A DNA stretch of 24,419 bases from positions 1 to 24,419 of the IMG/VR virus record IMGVR_UViG_3300033067_001315, one strand, 5' to 3'. Position numbers and translations under genes: made by a program. The DNA is from a virus (taxonomy: Duplodnaviria > Caudoviricetes). The notes below the pieces were generated by a model. The model ran no database searches. It saw only the letters and a program-made list of their open reading frames with translations, and had not been told where the DNA came from. Positions 1 through 8,304 of the stretch are shown here, in pieces; position 1 is the stretch's first letter, and every line of letters starts with the position of its first letter.

Positions 1-1029
1 GTCGCCCGACGCGGTACCGTCTGAGAAGATTTTGAACACGTCCGCCAGCCCGGTCTTGAAGCCATCGGTATCAATGTCCTCAAACAACTTCACAAACCAG
101 TCCGATAGCTTCTGAACCTGGACGCCGAAGTCGGTCATTTGCTTGGCCGCGATGCCTCCGATCTTCTGGTTCAATGTCTTGTTCAGCGCATCGATCCCGA
201 TCTGCGCCTCGACCTTACCGTCCTTCAGCATCTCCTTGGTGACTTCGACCGACTTGCCCAACCCATCGGCGATGTTCTTTGTCAGTGCGTCAACGCTAAC
301 GCCGGTCCCCGTAAGCTGCTTAGCCTTGAAATCAAACTTGCCCGTCTGAGAAGACTTCTCAAGCAGGGTCTTGATCTTCTCCGCGCCAGCCTGGCCGCCC
401 TTGCCTAGCTGCTGGAGGTTCGCGATCGACGTGATGGACTCGTCAAGTTGCTTTTGCTGTGTGATGCCCGCGAGGATCAGGTCTTGGCCAAGCTCAAATG
501 CTTGCTTGCGTGGTAGAGGTAGCTTGGAGCTGAGCGCATTGATCCGATCGTATGCCCCGACCGCCGCCTCCTGAGTCCCAAGCAAAAGCTCTAGAGCGTC
601 CATCGTATCGCCCTTGAACTCGCTCGCCTCAATTGCCAACGTTGCGCCCTTGTATACGAGTGCGCCAAACGCCGCCGCCGCCGCGAGTACCGCAGTCGCG
701 GCAATGGCCGCGCCGCCTGCGACTAGGCCAAAGCCTTCCACGATGCTGGCGCTAGACTCCGCCTGCGCCTTACTGGACGCCGCCGCCGCCGCTTTGGTCT
801 CTTGCGCCGCTTTGGTCTCAGCCTTTGCTTGCGCTCGCGCGGACTCCGCCTGCGCTTTGCTTGCGAGCATTGCTGCGTCCCTGGTCTTGACGCCAAGCTT
901 CTCGTACTGCTCTTGGATCTTCTTTGCCGACGCTAGCTTGTCCGCGAGCTTGGAGATCGCGTTGCTTGCGGACGTGGCTGGGCCGCTGATCTGATCCTTT
1001 AGCCCGATGATGTAGTCCAGATCAGCCAC
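1..1029 (-). CDS. Tail tape measure protein, N-terminal part (runs off the window's left edge)
   Basis: Not in the ORF track. GTG at 1029 after a TAAGGAG RBS; translates MADLDYIIGLKDQISGPATSASNAISKLADK..., Ala/Lys-rich and helical, open towards position 1. Canonical position after the tail chaperone. Confidence 0.88.
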   Translation of the reverse strand, partial: MADLDYIIGLKDQISGPATSASNAISKLADKLASAKKIQEQYEKLGVKTRDAAMLASKAQAESARAQAKAETKAAQETKAAAAASSKAQAESSASIVEGFGLVAGGAAIAATAVLAAAAAFGALVYKGATLAIEASEFKGDTMDALELLLGTQEAAVGAYDRINALSSKLPLPRKQAFELGQDLILAGITQQKQLDESITSIANLQQLGKGGQAGAEKIKTLLEKSSQTGKFDFKAKQLTGTGVSVDALTKNIADGLGKSVEVTKEMLKDGKVEAQIGIDALNKTLNQKIGGIAAKQMTDFGVQVQKLSDWFVKLFEDIDTDGFKTGLADVFKIFSDGTASGD

Positions 1030-1040
1030 CTAACCGCTCC

Positions 1041-1208
1041 TTACTTTTTCGCCATCGACTCAAAGTATTGCCGCGCGTACTCGACAACCTGTGAAAGCTC
1101 TCGCGCCGCAACCTCCGCACCCTTCGTCTGACTGCCAGAAAAAAGGGCGAGGAAGTTGCCGCCTCCAGCGCGGACCGATCTCCTATGCCGATCGGTTAGC
1201 CTTACTAT
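1041..1208 (-). CDS. -1 frameshift extension of tail assembly chaperone (gpGT-like second ORF)
   Basis: The -1 frame after GAAAAAAAA reads IVRLTDRHRRSVRAGGGNFLALFSGSQTKGAEVAARELSQVVEYARQYFESMAKK* and ends at the TAA overlapping the tape measure RBS. Confidence 0.8.
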   Translation of the reverse strand: MVRLTDRHRRSVRAGGGNFLALFSGSQTKGAEVAARELSQVVEYARQYFESMAKK

Positions 1209-1534
1209 TTTTTTTCGCTCTCCCCAGTCAGCTCATTGATGTACCCAAGGCACAGGCCAGGGATGCCGGGCTTGCGCTTGCACCACGAAACAAACTCTTC
1301 CTTCTCGGGATAGACTACACATGCATTACAGAGGTCCCGAATGGGACGCATTACGTTTCCATCTCCGCCCTTCGCTTTGCCGATGAACGTGGTGTAGCGA
1401 TCAAACTCCGCCTCGGTAGGGCAGCGAAAAACTGCCGTACCTAGCACGGTAGCAACGACCGCGATCCCAGAATCTTCGTACTTCGCCCGTAGCCCTTCCA
1501 ACTCCGCTTCACTTACCTCTTTCGGCTCTTGCAT
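1205..1534 (-). CDS. Tail assembly chaperone
   Basis: 109 aa between tube and tape measure; GGGAGG RBS; ends ESEKK* on an A8 slippery run. Confidence 0.82.
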   Translation of the reverse strand: MQEPKEVSEAELEGLRAKYEDSGIAVVATVLGTAVFRCPTEAEFDRYTTFIGKAKGGDGNVMRPIRDLCNACVVYPEKEEFVSWCKRKPGIPGLCLGYINELTGESEKK

Positions 1535-1569
1535 GATTGCCTCCCAGCAACGTTGCTTGGTCCACTGCG

Positions 1570-2052
1570 TTATGTGGTGGTACCCTTCAACATCTGATTC
1601 AGCGGGTTCTTATCGCTCAGGTAAATCATCATCACGTCCAGATCGAACTTCACCACCAGGGCATCCGCGCCCTGCGAGTGTGAGTTGTCCGGGCTAGTGA
1701 TGCGACAACCAGTGACGCGATCGGTGATGATGTCCTTACCCGCCTCGTTGTAGTTTACAACGATGTCAAATACCGCTTCTAGGTAGCCGTCGCCTAGCTG
1801 CGAAATGAAGGCGTCGGCCTCCGATTTGTAGAGAGTGATGGCCCCGCTAAGGTCAAGCGCACCACGCGTACGCGAGAGCGGCTGCGCACTCGTGCCGTAG
1901 ACTTTCGTCGGCTTTAGGTCGAGCTTGTAGGAGATGTCCTTTACTCCCACATAGATCGCGCTTCCGCCTGACTGCGGGGCTAGATTGATTTCGAGTGAGC
2001 TGTACTCATAGGTCACGCCGTTTACTGTTGGATACGTTAGTTCGGTTGCCAT
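1570..2052 (-). CDS. Tail tube protein
   Basis: 160 aa, beta-rich, directly after the sheath; motifs NGVTYEYSS, GVKDISY, VYGT...PLSRTRG...GAITL typical of myophage tubes; AAAGGA RBS. Confidence 0.85.
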   Translation of the reverse strand: MATELTYPTVNGVTYEYSSLEINLAPQSGGSAIYVGVKDISYKLDLKPTKVYGTSAQPLSRTRGALDLSGAITLYKSEADAFISQLGDGYLEAVFDIVVNYNEAGKDIITDRVTGCRITSPDNSHSQGADALVVKFDLDVMMIYLSDKNPLNQMLKGTTT

Positions 2053-2077
2053 GGTCTAGATCCTTTCGCCCGTCTGA

Positions 2078-3748
2078 TTACAGCGGGGTAACGAGCGGGT
2101 TGATAAATGCGAGCGTGACGTTGATGGTGTTGAGGTAGCCCAGCGGGACCACGTTGACGCTTACGGTGAGCGTGTTGGTTGCGAGGATATTGTCCGTTCG
2201 CGAGACGTGCGCCTTTGCTGCGCTCACGTTGCCGGTGTTGACTACGCCGGTAGCGAGCGCGCTATCAAGGATCGCCTCAATGGTTGCCGCGTCTCGCTCG
2301 TCAATGTGCCCCGTGGTTGCGTCAACGCGGACCTCTGCTTGCAAGAAATCAAGCATGGTGGCGCGAGTGATGCGGCACGCCTTATCCATTCCGCGCCGAT
2401 ACTGGATCAGCGAGAAGGTCGATCCTGGTGTCGTCATGACGTTAGGGGAATCGACATACTCCCCAGGCTTTCCAAGGATGGTCTTGGCCGCAAGGAAGCG
2501 TCCAGCGGTAAGCCCGGGGTTTACGCGCTCATCGTGGTACGTGTAGCCGTCTCCTGCTGGAGCCGATACGCCAAGAAGCGGACCGTCCTTTACGCGGCCA
2601 GCGGACACCTGGAGCGGGTTGCTGATAAGCCGCGCCATGACCGGCCAGGAGAGCGGGCGCCGTTGCTGCGTGCCCGTGCTCGTTTGCGACAAGCGGTAGA
2701 ATCCTGCGCAGGTCGAGATGCGCTTGGACGATGACGCTGCGAACGCCGCGAGCTGAGCGGTAACCCATGCCGCGTCCGTCTGTCCCGTGGTGTAGTCCGC
2801 GCAGTTGATGAGCGCGAACGTGTAGCGCTTGTCGTTGGTTTCTAGGCTTGTAAGGGTGGTGTTTAGTGACGTGAAGTCGGACGATCCAGAGTTGCCGACA
2901 ATGAGAAAACCAACCGGATCATAGGTGGAGTTTTTGATCGCAGTGATGGCCGTTACTACGTCCGCGATTTGCCATAGCGGCTCCTGCGTGGAGTACGTTA
3001 CCGCGTCCGCCGCGACAAGCGTACCTGCCGCGAAGTTGAGTGTCCCCGCGTACACGGTGTTGTACGTGTTCGCCGTCCCAAGCGCTTGCGTTGCGCCGTA
3101 CGTGAGGCCGCCGTCGATCGAAAGGCGGAATGTGATCCCCGCTGCTCCGATGGTGCCGCCAGTGACAACCTGGAATACTACCTGCGTGGTGTCGACGATC
3201 GTACCTGTGACAGTGACAACGCTTGTTCCGGTTGCAATCTCATTGATGCCCTTAGGTTGAACCGATCCGCCTGAGATCCAAGCGCCTACGCTGGTCGAGT
3301 TGTTGAGCGTAAACTTAGTCGCGTCGACCTTGGTGATAACGAACGTACCATTGGCGCCGGTCTGTCCGACTACACCCGTGATCGTTACGATATCGCCTGT
3401 GCTTAGCCCGTGCGCCGCCGTCGTTACCTGGATTGGGCTGCTGGTGTTCGTGGCAGTGACCGCCAGCGGTGATGCGCTTGCGCCGTTGACGACGCCAGCC
3501 GTGATGGTCGGCACCTTGACCATGAGGACTTGAGATCCTCCGCCGCCTTCAAGCACGGCAGCGCACGCGTTCGGAAGTGGTCCGCTTGTGTACGTTGCGA
3601 TGGGCTGAGCAGGGTCCGTGGTGGAGACGATCGCATAGTCAGTGCCCGCCGTAGCGCAGCCGATGATCGCGATCAGTGAGTCGTTCAGGCCCCCAACCCC
3701 ACCGAAACCCCCGTCTAGTACTGTAATATTTACGTCGTTTGTAGTCAT
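2078..3748 (-). CDS. Contractile tail sheath protein (DUF2586-like)
   Basis: 556 aa; N-terminal VNITVLDGG; C-terminal GRVKDGPL, HDER, RRGMDKA, SRTDNIL and VVPLGY..INVTL sheath motifs; precedes the tube. Confidence 0.88.
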   Translation of the reverse strand: MTTNDVNITVLDGGFGGVGGLNDSLIAIIGCATAGTDYAIVSTTDPAQPIATYTSGPLPNACAAVLEGGGGSQVLMVKVPTITAGVVNGASASPLAVTATNTSSPIQVTTAAHGLSTGDIVTITGVVGQTGANGTFVITKVDATKFTLNNSTSVGAWISGGSVQPKGINEIATGTSVVTVTGTIVDTTQVVFQVVTGGTIGAAGITFRLSIDGGLTYGATQALGTANTYNTVYAGTLNFAAGTLVAADAVTYSTQEPLWQIADVVTAITAIKNSTYDPVGFLIVGNSGSSDFTSLNTTLTSLETNDKRYTFALINCADYTTGQTDAAWVTAQLAAFAASSSKRISTCAGFYRLSQTSTGTQQRRPLSWPVMARLISNPLQVSAGRVKDGPLLGVSAPAGDGYTYHDERVNPGLTAGRFLAAKTILGKPGEYVDSPNVMTTPGSTFSLIQYRRGMDKACRITRATMLDFLQAEVRVDATTGHIDERDAATIEAILDSALATGVVNTGNVSAAKAHVSRTDNILATNTLTVSVNVVPLGYLNTINVTLAFINPLVTPL

Positions 3749-4317
3749 GGTGACTCCTCTGTGATCGTGACGGTGTCAGCGATTTGGTCTTGGATCGTTT
3801 CGTTTACTGTTGAGATGATGGGGTTGACGTTGACCGTCGGCTCGCGGTAGCTCGCCTGCTCGTTGGGGTCTGGCGCGAGACCATCGTCCGTCCACTTGCG
3901 GTCCAGGATCGGGACAAGCACGTCGAATAAAAGGACGTACTGATATCCCCTGTTAGTGTCGCGCGCCTGGTCTACAACCCATTGCCCCGCACCCATTCGA
4001 CACATGCCCGCATGACTTGTGCGCTGCTGTTCTTTGCACGCGATCCAAACGCAGCACGCCACCTGAGCGATAAGCTGATCGATGTGGTCGACGGTAAGGC
4101 CCCATAGATGCGCCTCGGTTGTGATCCAACGGTTCATAAGCGGCTTTGGGTTTCCGCCGATGGTCATCGGGGCTTCAAAGCGATCGGTTGTTGGAAACAT
4201 AACTACGCGCGGGGCGTCGCCTTGCTGCGCTAGATCGCGAATGTCGCCGCCCTTGGTAAACTTGCAACCGCGAGCGGTCATCGTTTCGAAGATGGCGTTA
4301 TAGATGACGCTAATCAC
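3745..4317 (-). CDS. Putative tail terminator / neck protein
   Basis: 190 aa between the virion morphogenesis gene and the sheath; APRVVMFP motif; 4-nt overlaps on both sides. Function inferred from position. Confidence 0.6.
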   Translation of the reverse strand: MISVIYNAIFETMTARGCKFTKGGDIRDLAQQGDAPRVVMFPTTDRFEAPMTIGGNPKPLMNRWITTEAHLWGLTVDHIDQLIAQVACCVWIACKEQQRTSHAGMCRMGAGQWVVDQARDTNRGYQYVLLFDVLVPILDRKWTDDGLAPDPNEQASYREPTVNVNPIISTVNETIQDQIADTVTITEESP

Positions 4318-4751
4318 TGCGCACCCTTGAAGGCCTTACGGACCTCTTTATCGATCAGACTCTTCCATGTGGACGGCAGTCCGCGATACGGAAGGATCGG
4401 GCGCGCGCCAACGTAACCCCCGCCGCGCGCGTTGACATACCCAAACTGGTGATACACGAGGTGCGCGGGAATGTGGATCACGATCCCCGCCCCGCGCTTC
4501 GGAGTGGCTTTCGTCGCATCGCGACCGGCCCCGCTATCCGTGAGCGGGGGAGGCGTCCGCCCCCGTCCAAGCGTGGCCTTTGAGAGCTTGCGCCAGTTCT
4601 GACCGTACGGGTCTTTACCCGTTCGGAATTCCTTGGCGAGCAGCCTGTTGATGCCATCGGCGATCGGAGTTGCCGCGCGACTGGGTACGGACGTCAGAGC
4701 TTGGATGCTCCGTCCCACCTTGCGCAGTTTTTCGATGTCGCCTGAAAACAT
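4314..4751 (-). CDS. Virion morphogenesis / tail completion protein (Mu gpG / P2 gpS-like)
   Basis: Motifs F..GKDPYGQNW.KLS.AT, PLTDSG, YHQFG, ARPILP. Start moved to ATG 4751 (TAATG overlap with the upstream gene). Confidence 0.85.
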   Translation of the reverse strand: MFSGDIEKLRKVGRSIQALTSVPSRAATPIADGINRLLAKEFRTGKDPYGQNWRKLSKATLGRGRTPPPLTDSGAGRDATKATPKRGAGIVIHIPAHLVYHQFGYVNARGGGYVGARPILPYRGLPSTWKSLIDKEVRKAFKGAQ

Positions 4752-5143
4752 TAGTAGCTGAACCTTTTGGTCTGAGACGTGATGTAAGGTTGCCCGCCCG
4801 ATGGCGCCGCCGGCTGCACTGTTGCGATCGGCGTTACCTCTCCGCGAGAAACGGACTTGAGCCAAGCTAGACAATCCTCGTATTCGAGGCGGATGATCTG
4901 ATCCGATCCGGTGTCCGATGAGTAGCCCCGCTGGGTCATCAGGTAATACACGGCCATTTTGACATTGACTCTCGTCACGTCCGCGCCGTGCGTTGTTAGT
5001 GGTGCATCGAACCTAGATCTGAAATAGCTGTCCATCGTGGCCGCTGCCCAGTCGATCGCCCGCTGCTTGTCATCGGGAAAAAGACTTTTCAGCGCACCAG
5101 GATTGATGCCGCCATCCAGATCTAGGATCGTGCAGTAGCCCAC
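4751..5143 (-). CDS. Head-tail adaptor (DUF1320 / Mu gp36-like)
   Basis: YCTILDL start, AI..A...MDSYFRSRF..PL, YEDCLAWLK.V..G; immediately after the capsid gene. Confidence 0.85.
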   Translation of the reverse strand: MGYCTILDLDGGINPGALKSLFPDDKQRAIDWAAATMDSYFRSRFDAPLTTHGADVTRVNVKMAVYYLMTQRGYSSDTGSDQIIRLEYEDCLAWLKSVSRGEVTPIATVQPAAPSGGQPYITSQTKRFSY

Positions 5144-5145
5144 AA

Positions 5146-6087
5146 TTACGCCGTGGCCCGACAGGCGAGGAATGGGAGCGAGACGCCGACCGCGCCGCGC
5201 GCTTCCACGCCATAGACGAACTGGTGTTTATAAAACGCGTCGTCATCCGTCGGGGAATTCTTGTAGACGAACTGGGGCGCCTGGCGTTGCTGGAAAATGA
5301 AGGGCTTGATCGGACCCTTCGTCGAAAGCAAGTACCACGATGTGGCGCTAACTGCCGACAGCTCTGGAATAACCAAGATATCGCACATCCCCTGGAGGAT
5401 GTTCGAGCTGGATCCAACTTGCGCGACTCCATACAGCGAGCCGGGAGCAATGAAAGATCCATTCATGATCATTCGCGCTTCCATCTCCAGTTCTGGCGGG
5501 ACAACCAGGAGATCTGGAATGATGCCCATCGCCTGACCGTTCGGACCCTTGAAGCCCATCATGCTTTGACGGACCGACTGAAAGTTGTCTGCGTTAAGGG
5601 CTTTCGTGGTGAACTTGTTCGCGTACGTGCCAGCGCCAAGGATATTGGACGCGTCGCACGGGTGGTCCGTCGCAAACATTGCCTTACCGTCGAACGCGGT
5701 GGGGCCGTCACCCGATGCGACAGCAAGCATTGCATAGAGCATGTAGTCTGGCCACTTGGCAGCCTGAGCGCCAAGGAACTGCGCGGCAGGTCCGTAGAGC
5801 ATATGTTCATCGTCCGCAAATGCGAACTTGTCGATCGCCAAGGTCTCCTCGTACGGATCGTTTGTGATGCGGTAGGAGTTGAGAACTGGCGCCTGAACGA
5901 TGCGCGAGCCGGTCCACTTGCGCAGGGAGGGAAGCGACTGCATCCAGCCCTGGAGTGTTGCGGAAGAGGTCGACGGGACAAGCATTGCGATTTTGTCCCA
6001 GTTGACCGCCGCCGTCTGATAGCCCTGCCAGAACTTGGCATCTAGGCCGAGAAAGAACGCGTCAAGATTTGATTGATTAGGAATCAT
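5146..6087 (-). CDS. Major capsid protein (Mu gpT-like)
   Basis: 313 aa; W.KIA..VPST, W....P.LRKW.G.R, FDGK.MFATDHP, PDLLVVPPELE, WYLL.T...IKPFIFQ.R, YGVEARG motifs; GGAG RBS. Confidence 0.93.
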   Translation of the reverse strand: MIPNQSNLDAFFLGLDAKFWQGYQTAAVNWDKIAMLVPSTSSATLQGWMQSLPSLRKWTGSRIVQAPVLNSYRITNDPYEETLAIDKFAFADDEHMLYGPAAQFLGAQAAKWPDYMLYAMLAVASGDGPTAFDGKAMFATDHPCDASNILGAGTYANKFTTKALNADNFQSVRQSMMGFKGPNGQAMGIIPDLLVVPPELEMEARMIMNGSFIAPGSLYGVAQVGSSSNILQGMCDILVIPELSAVSATSWYLLSTKGPIKPFIFQQRQAPQFVYKNSPTDDDAFYKHQFVYGVEARGAVGVSLPFLACRATA

Positions 6088-6124
6088 TTTCTAGAATCTC
6101 CGATTTCGTTTTGTGGTTGACGCG

Positions 6125-6817
6125 TTAGCCGATGACAAACCAATCAACGGTGCAGACGGCCGTAGCAAGCGTGGCCTTTGCGTTGTCGATTGCGTTGATA
6201 ACAAACGTGCCGGTGGTGGTATTGCGAGACGCGACCGGCGTACTAAAGCCGATAAACGTCGTGAGCGCGCCCGCGCCCGGATCGCGCATCGTGACGAGGA
6301 TCGAGCTGGTAGACGTAAGCCGCCCAGCCTGAACCGACTTGGTGCCAGCCACCAGCGTGGTCGTGCCGAATTGAGGCTGAGCAACCATGTCGCGGTTTGA
6401 CCAGAAGGTAGAGGCGACAGCTACGCCGTACGTTGCGTCCACGCCAACGATGACACCAGCAACACCCTGCGCGCCGCTTTGCGCTTTGGTGACCGTGTGG
6501 TTGTCTGAGACGAAAGCCAGATCGCCGATCGATGACTTGGTGATTGAATCGCCATTTGCCCAATAGAAGATGCCGGGGATAACGTCGATCTTTAGGTCGC
6601 CCGCGTTGCCCGTTGAGTTGTCGACCGTCGCATCCGCGCGACCGGCGATGAACTTCATGCCCGTTGCTGCGCCGATAACAGCGTTACCGCTGGCGTCAAC
6701 GCCGACAAGGGTACCGGCAACGATCTTCGTTGACGCTGCTACGTCATAGGAGAGCGGGCCAATGTGGGGGAGGAGTGCGCATTCTGGGGTGGGGATGTAT
6801 GCAGTTACAGCAGCCAT
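6125..6817 (-). CDS. Capsid cement/decoration protein with C-terminal extra beta domain
   Basis: Between protease and capsid; VAASTKI.AGTLV..DASG.A, VDNS.G.AGD, D.HTV motifs of Mu-like cement proteins; AAGGA RBS. Confidence 0.72.
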   Translation of the reverse strand: MAAVTAYIPTPECALLPHIGPLSYDVAASTKIVAGTLVGVDASGNAVIGAATGMKFIAGRADATVDNSTGNAGDLKIDVIPGIFYWANGDSITKSSIGDLAFVSDNHTVTKAQSGAQGVAGVIVGVDATYGVAVASTFWSNRDMVAQPQFGTTTLVAGTKSVQAGRLTSTSSILVTMRDPGAGALTTFIGFSTPVASRNTTTGTFVINAIDNAKATLATAVCTVDWFVIG

Positions 6818-6837
6818 TTTGTTTTAGTCCTTTCGAG

Positions 6838-7530
6838 TTACTTGACGAGTTTAACGACGCTGCGCGTAGCGCGATCGACTGCTCGCGTCGCCACTTCGTC
6901 TGGGTTGACTTGCATGGTGGCGAGCATCTTTCGCTGCTCGTCAGTGAGCGCCGTAGTGACGGCCGCATAGCCCTGGCCGTTTGCGCCTGGAGCCGGGGTG
7001 CGCGCTGGCTGCTCTACGGTCGTAACGAGCGCGGGGGTTTTCTCTACGAGCGATGCGAGGACCTTCAAGCCGGAGGGCTTGGACGCTTGCTCGCGCCAGA
7101 ACGCGACCATGGATGGGGCGATTTTCCCAGCCTTAGTGCCCGCCTCAATAAGCGCGGTGACCTTGTCAGTGTGCGAGAGCGATGCGCCGCGAGCCGCGCC
7201 TACCTTCAAAGCGCGAAGGGCCGCGACCTGCTTAGCGGGGTCGTACTCGCCAGTGATCTCCGCGACAGCCGAGACGATGTGGGCAACGCCGATCGCGTCT
7301 GGATCTTCGCCCTCTTCTTCGTCGTCATCCTCTGCGCCAGCTTTCGCTGCGTCCGCTTCCGAGTCCTTCGCTGGGGGAACCGCTTCCTTTGCCGCTGCCT
7401 CTTCTGCTTCTTTGGCGAGGCGGGCCGCCTTCTCCTCTTCCGTCTCTTCTGGCGCCGCGTCGCCAGCAACCACGCCAGCGGGAGCAGCGACCGCTACCAC
7501 GCGACCTGCTTTATTTTTGATTGCTCTCAT
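6838..7530 (-). CDS. Putative nested scaffold protein (in-frame internal start in the protease gene)
   Basis: AAGGAAGACACA-ATG at 7530, in frame, exactly at the protease/scaffold boundary. Confidence 0.6.
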   Translation of the reverse strand: MRAIKNKAGRVVAVAAPAGVVAGDAAPEETEEEKAARLAKEAEEAAAKEAVPPAKDSEADAAKAGAEDDDEEEGEDPDAIGVAHIVSAVAEITGEYDPAKQVAALRALKVGAARGASLSHTDKVTALIEAGTKAGKIAPSMVAFWREQASKPSGLKVLASLVEKTPALVTTVEQPARTPAPGANGQGYAAVTTALTDEQRKMLATMQVNPDEVATRAVDRATRSVVKLVK

Positions 7531-8304
7531 TGTGTCTTCCTTCGGTGTGATTGCGGCAGACGCCGCAGGTTGATTGATGAGGTCCGATAGCGATGCAATG
7601 CCGTCGGCCAAACCTTTACTGATTGCGTCCTGCCCATAAAAACATCCAGCCTCAAGCGCTTGGATCGCGCCAACGTCAATGCTGCGCGCCTCTGACACGA
7701 GCCCAAAGAACATGCCCGCAAGCGCGCTCACGCGGTCTTGCGCGCGACCGATAACGTCATCCGAAAGCGCGACGTGCGGGTTGCCGTCCGCCTTCTGTGC
7801 GCCTGAAGAGATGACCGCGAACTTAAGACCCATCTCAGCATCCGCAGCCGTCGCGTCGCAAAGCATCTGGATGCATCCGATCGATCCGACGCCGCCCGTT
7901 TCTGGCAGGTAGATCGCGTCCGCAACGCACGCGATCGCGTAGGCCGCTGAGTAGCAAGCCTCGTCAACGTAGGCGATCACCTCTTTGCCCGCAGCGTCCG
8001 CGCTTGCTCGCATGGATCGTACGGTTTCGAACAGCCCCGCAACTTCGCCTCCTGGCGAGTCTAGTTTTAGAATGACGCGCGTTACGTCAGGTTCGGCTAG
8101 GGCCGCGTCGAAGCGCTCTACGATCGCCTCGTAGGAGTCAAAGAACCATCCGCCCTTATGGTCTAGTGGGCCATCGATCGACACGATCGCCGTACCGTTG
8201 ACGACGGAGATTGTAGGAGCTGGCGCCTCGTCAAACGAGATCGAAAGCGCCTCAGGGTTTACGGCCAGCGGATCGCGTCGGTGAAACTTGCGGGGGGTGG
8301 TCAT
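6838..8304 (-). CDS. S49-family prohead protease fused to scaffold region
   Basis: LKLDSPGGEVAG, CYSAAYAIA, GVGSIG, SGAQKADGNP, GLADGI motifs, followed by an acidic Ala/Glu-rich helical C-terminal half. Confidence 0.93.
   Translation of the reverse strand: MTTPRKFHRRDPLAVNPEALSISFDEAPAPTISVVNGTAIVSIDGPLDHKGGWFFDSYEAIVERFDAALAEPDVTRVILKLDSPGGEVAGLFETVRSMRASADAAGKEVIAYVDEACYSAAYAIACVADAIYLPETGGVGSIGCIQMLCDATAADAEMGLKFAVISSGAQKADGNPHVALSDDVIGRAQDRVSALAGMFFGLVSEARSIDVGAIQALEAGCFYGQDAISKGLADGIASLSDLINQPAASAAITPKEDTMRAIKNKAGRVVAVAAPAGVVAGDAAPEETEEEKAARLAKEAEEAAAKEAVPPAKDSEADAAKAGAEDDDEEEGEDPDAIGVAHIVSAVAEITGEYDPAKQVAALRALKVGAARGASLSHTDKVTALIEAGTKAGKIAPSMVAFWREQASKPSGLKVLASLVEKTPALVTTVEQPARTPAPGANGQGYAAVTTALTDEQRKMLATMQVNPDEVATRAVDRATRSVVKLVK

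Noticed and set aside
755-855. Short direct repeats (GCCGCTTTGGTCTC x2, GACTCCGCCTGCGC x2)
   Set aside because: They encode Ala/Lys/Glu repeats inside the tape measure; not CRISPR or att-like.
139-994. Plus-strand ORFs at the left end
   Set aside because: Antisense to the tape measure gene, which the track missed because it has no stop in the window.
4752-4874. Upstream-extended starts in the ORF track (also 13137, 13988, 15000, 16977, 19854, 22324)
   Set aside because: They overlap upstream genes or promoters; downstream starts give clean coupling.
5224-7590. Long plus-strand ORFs (5224-6045, 6730-7590, 6998-7573)
   Set aside because: Antisense shadows of GC-rich capsid and protease genes; no motifs or RBS.
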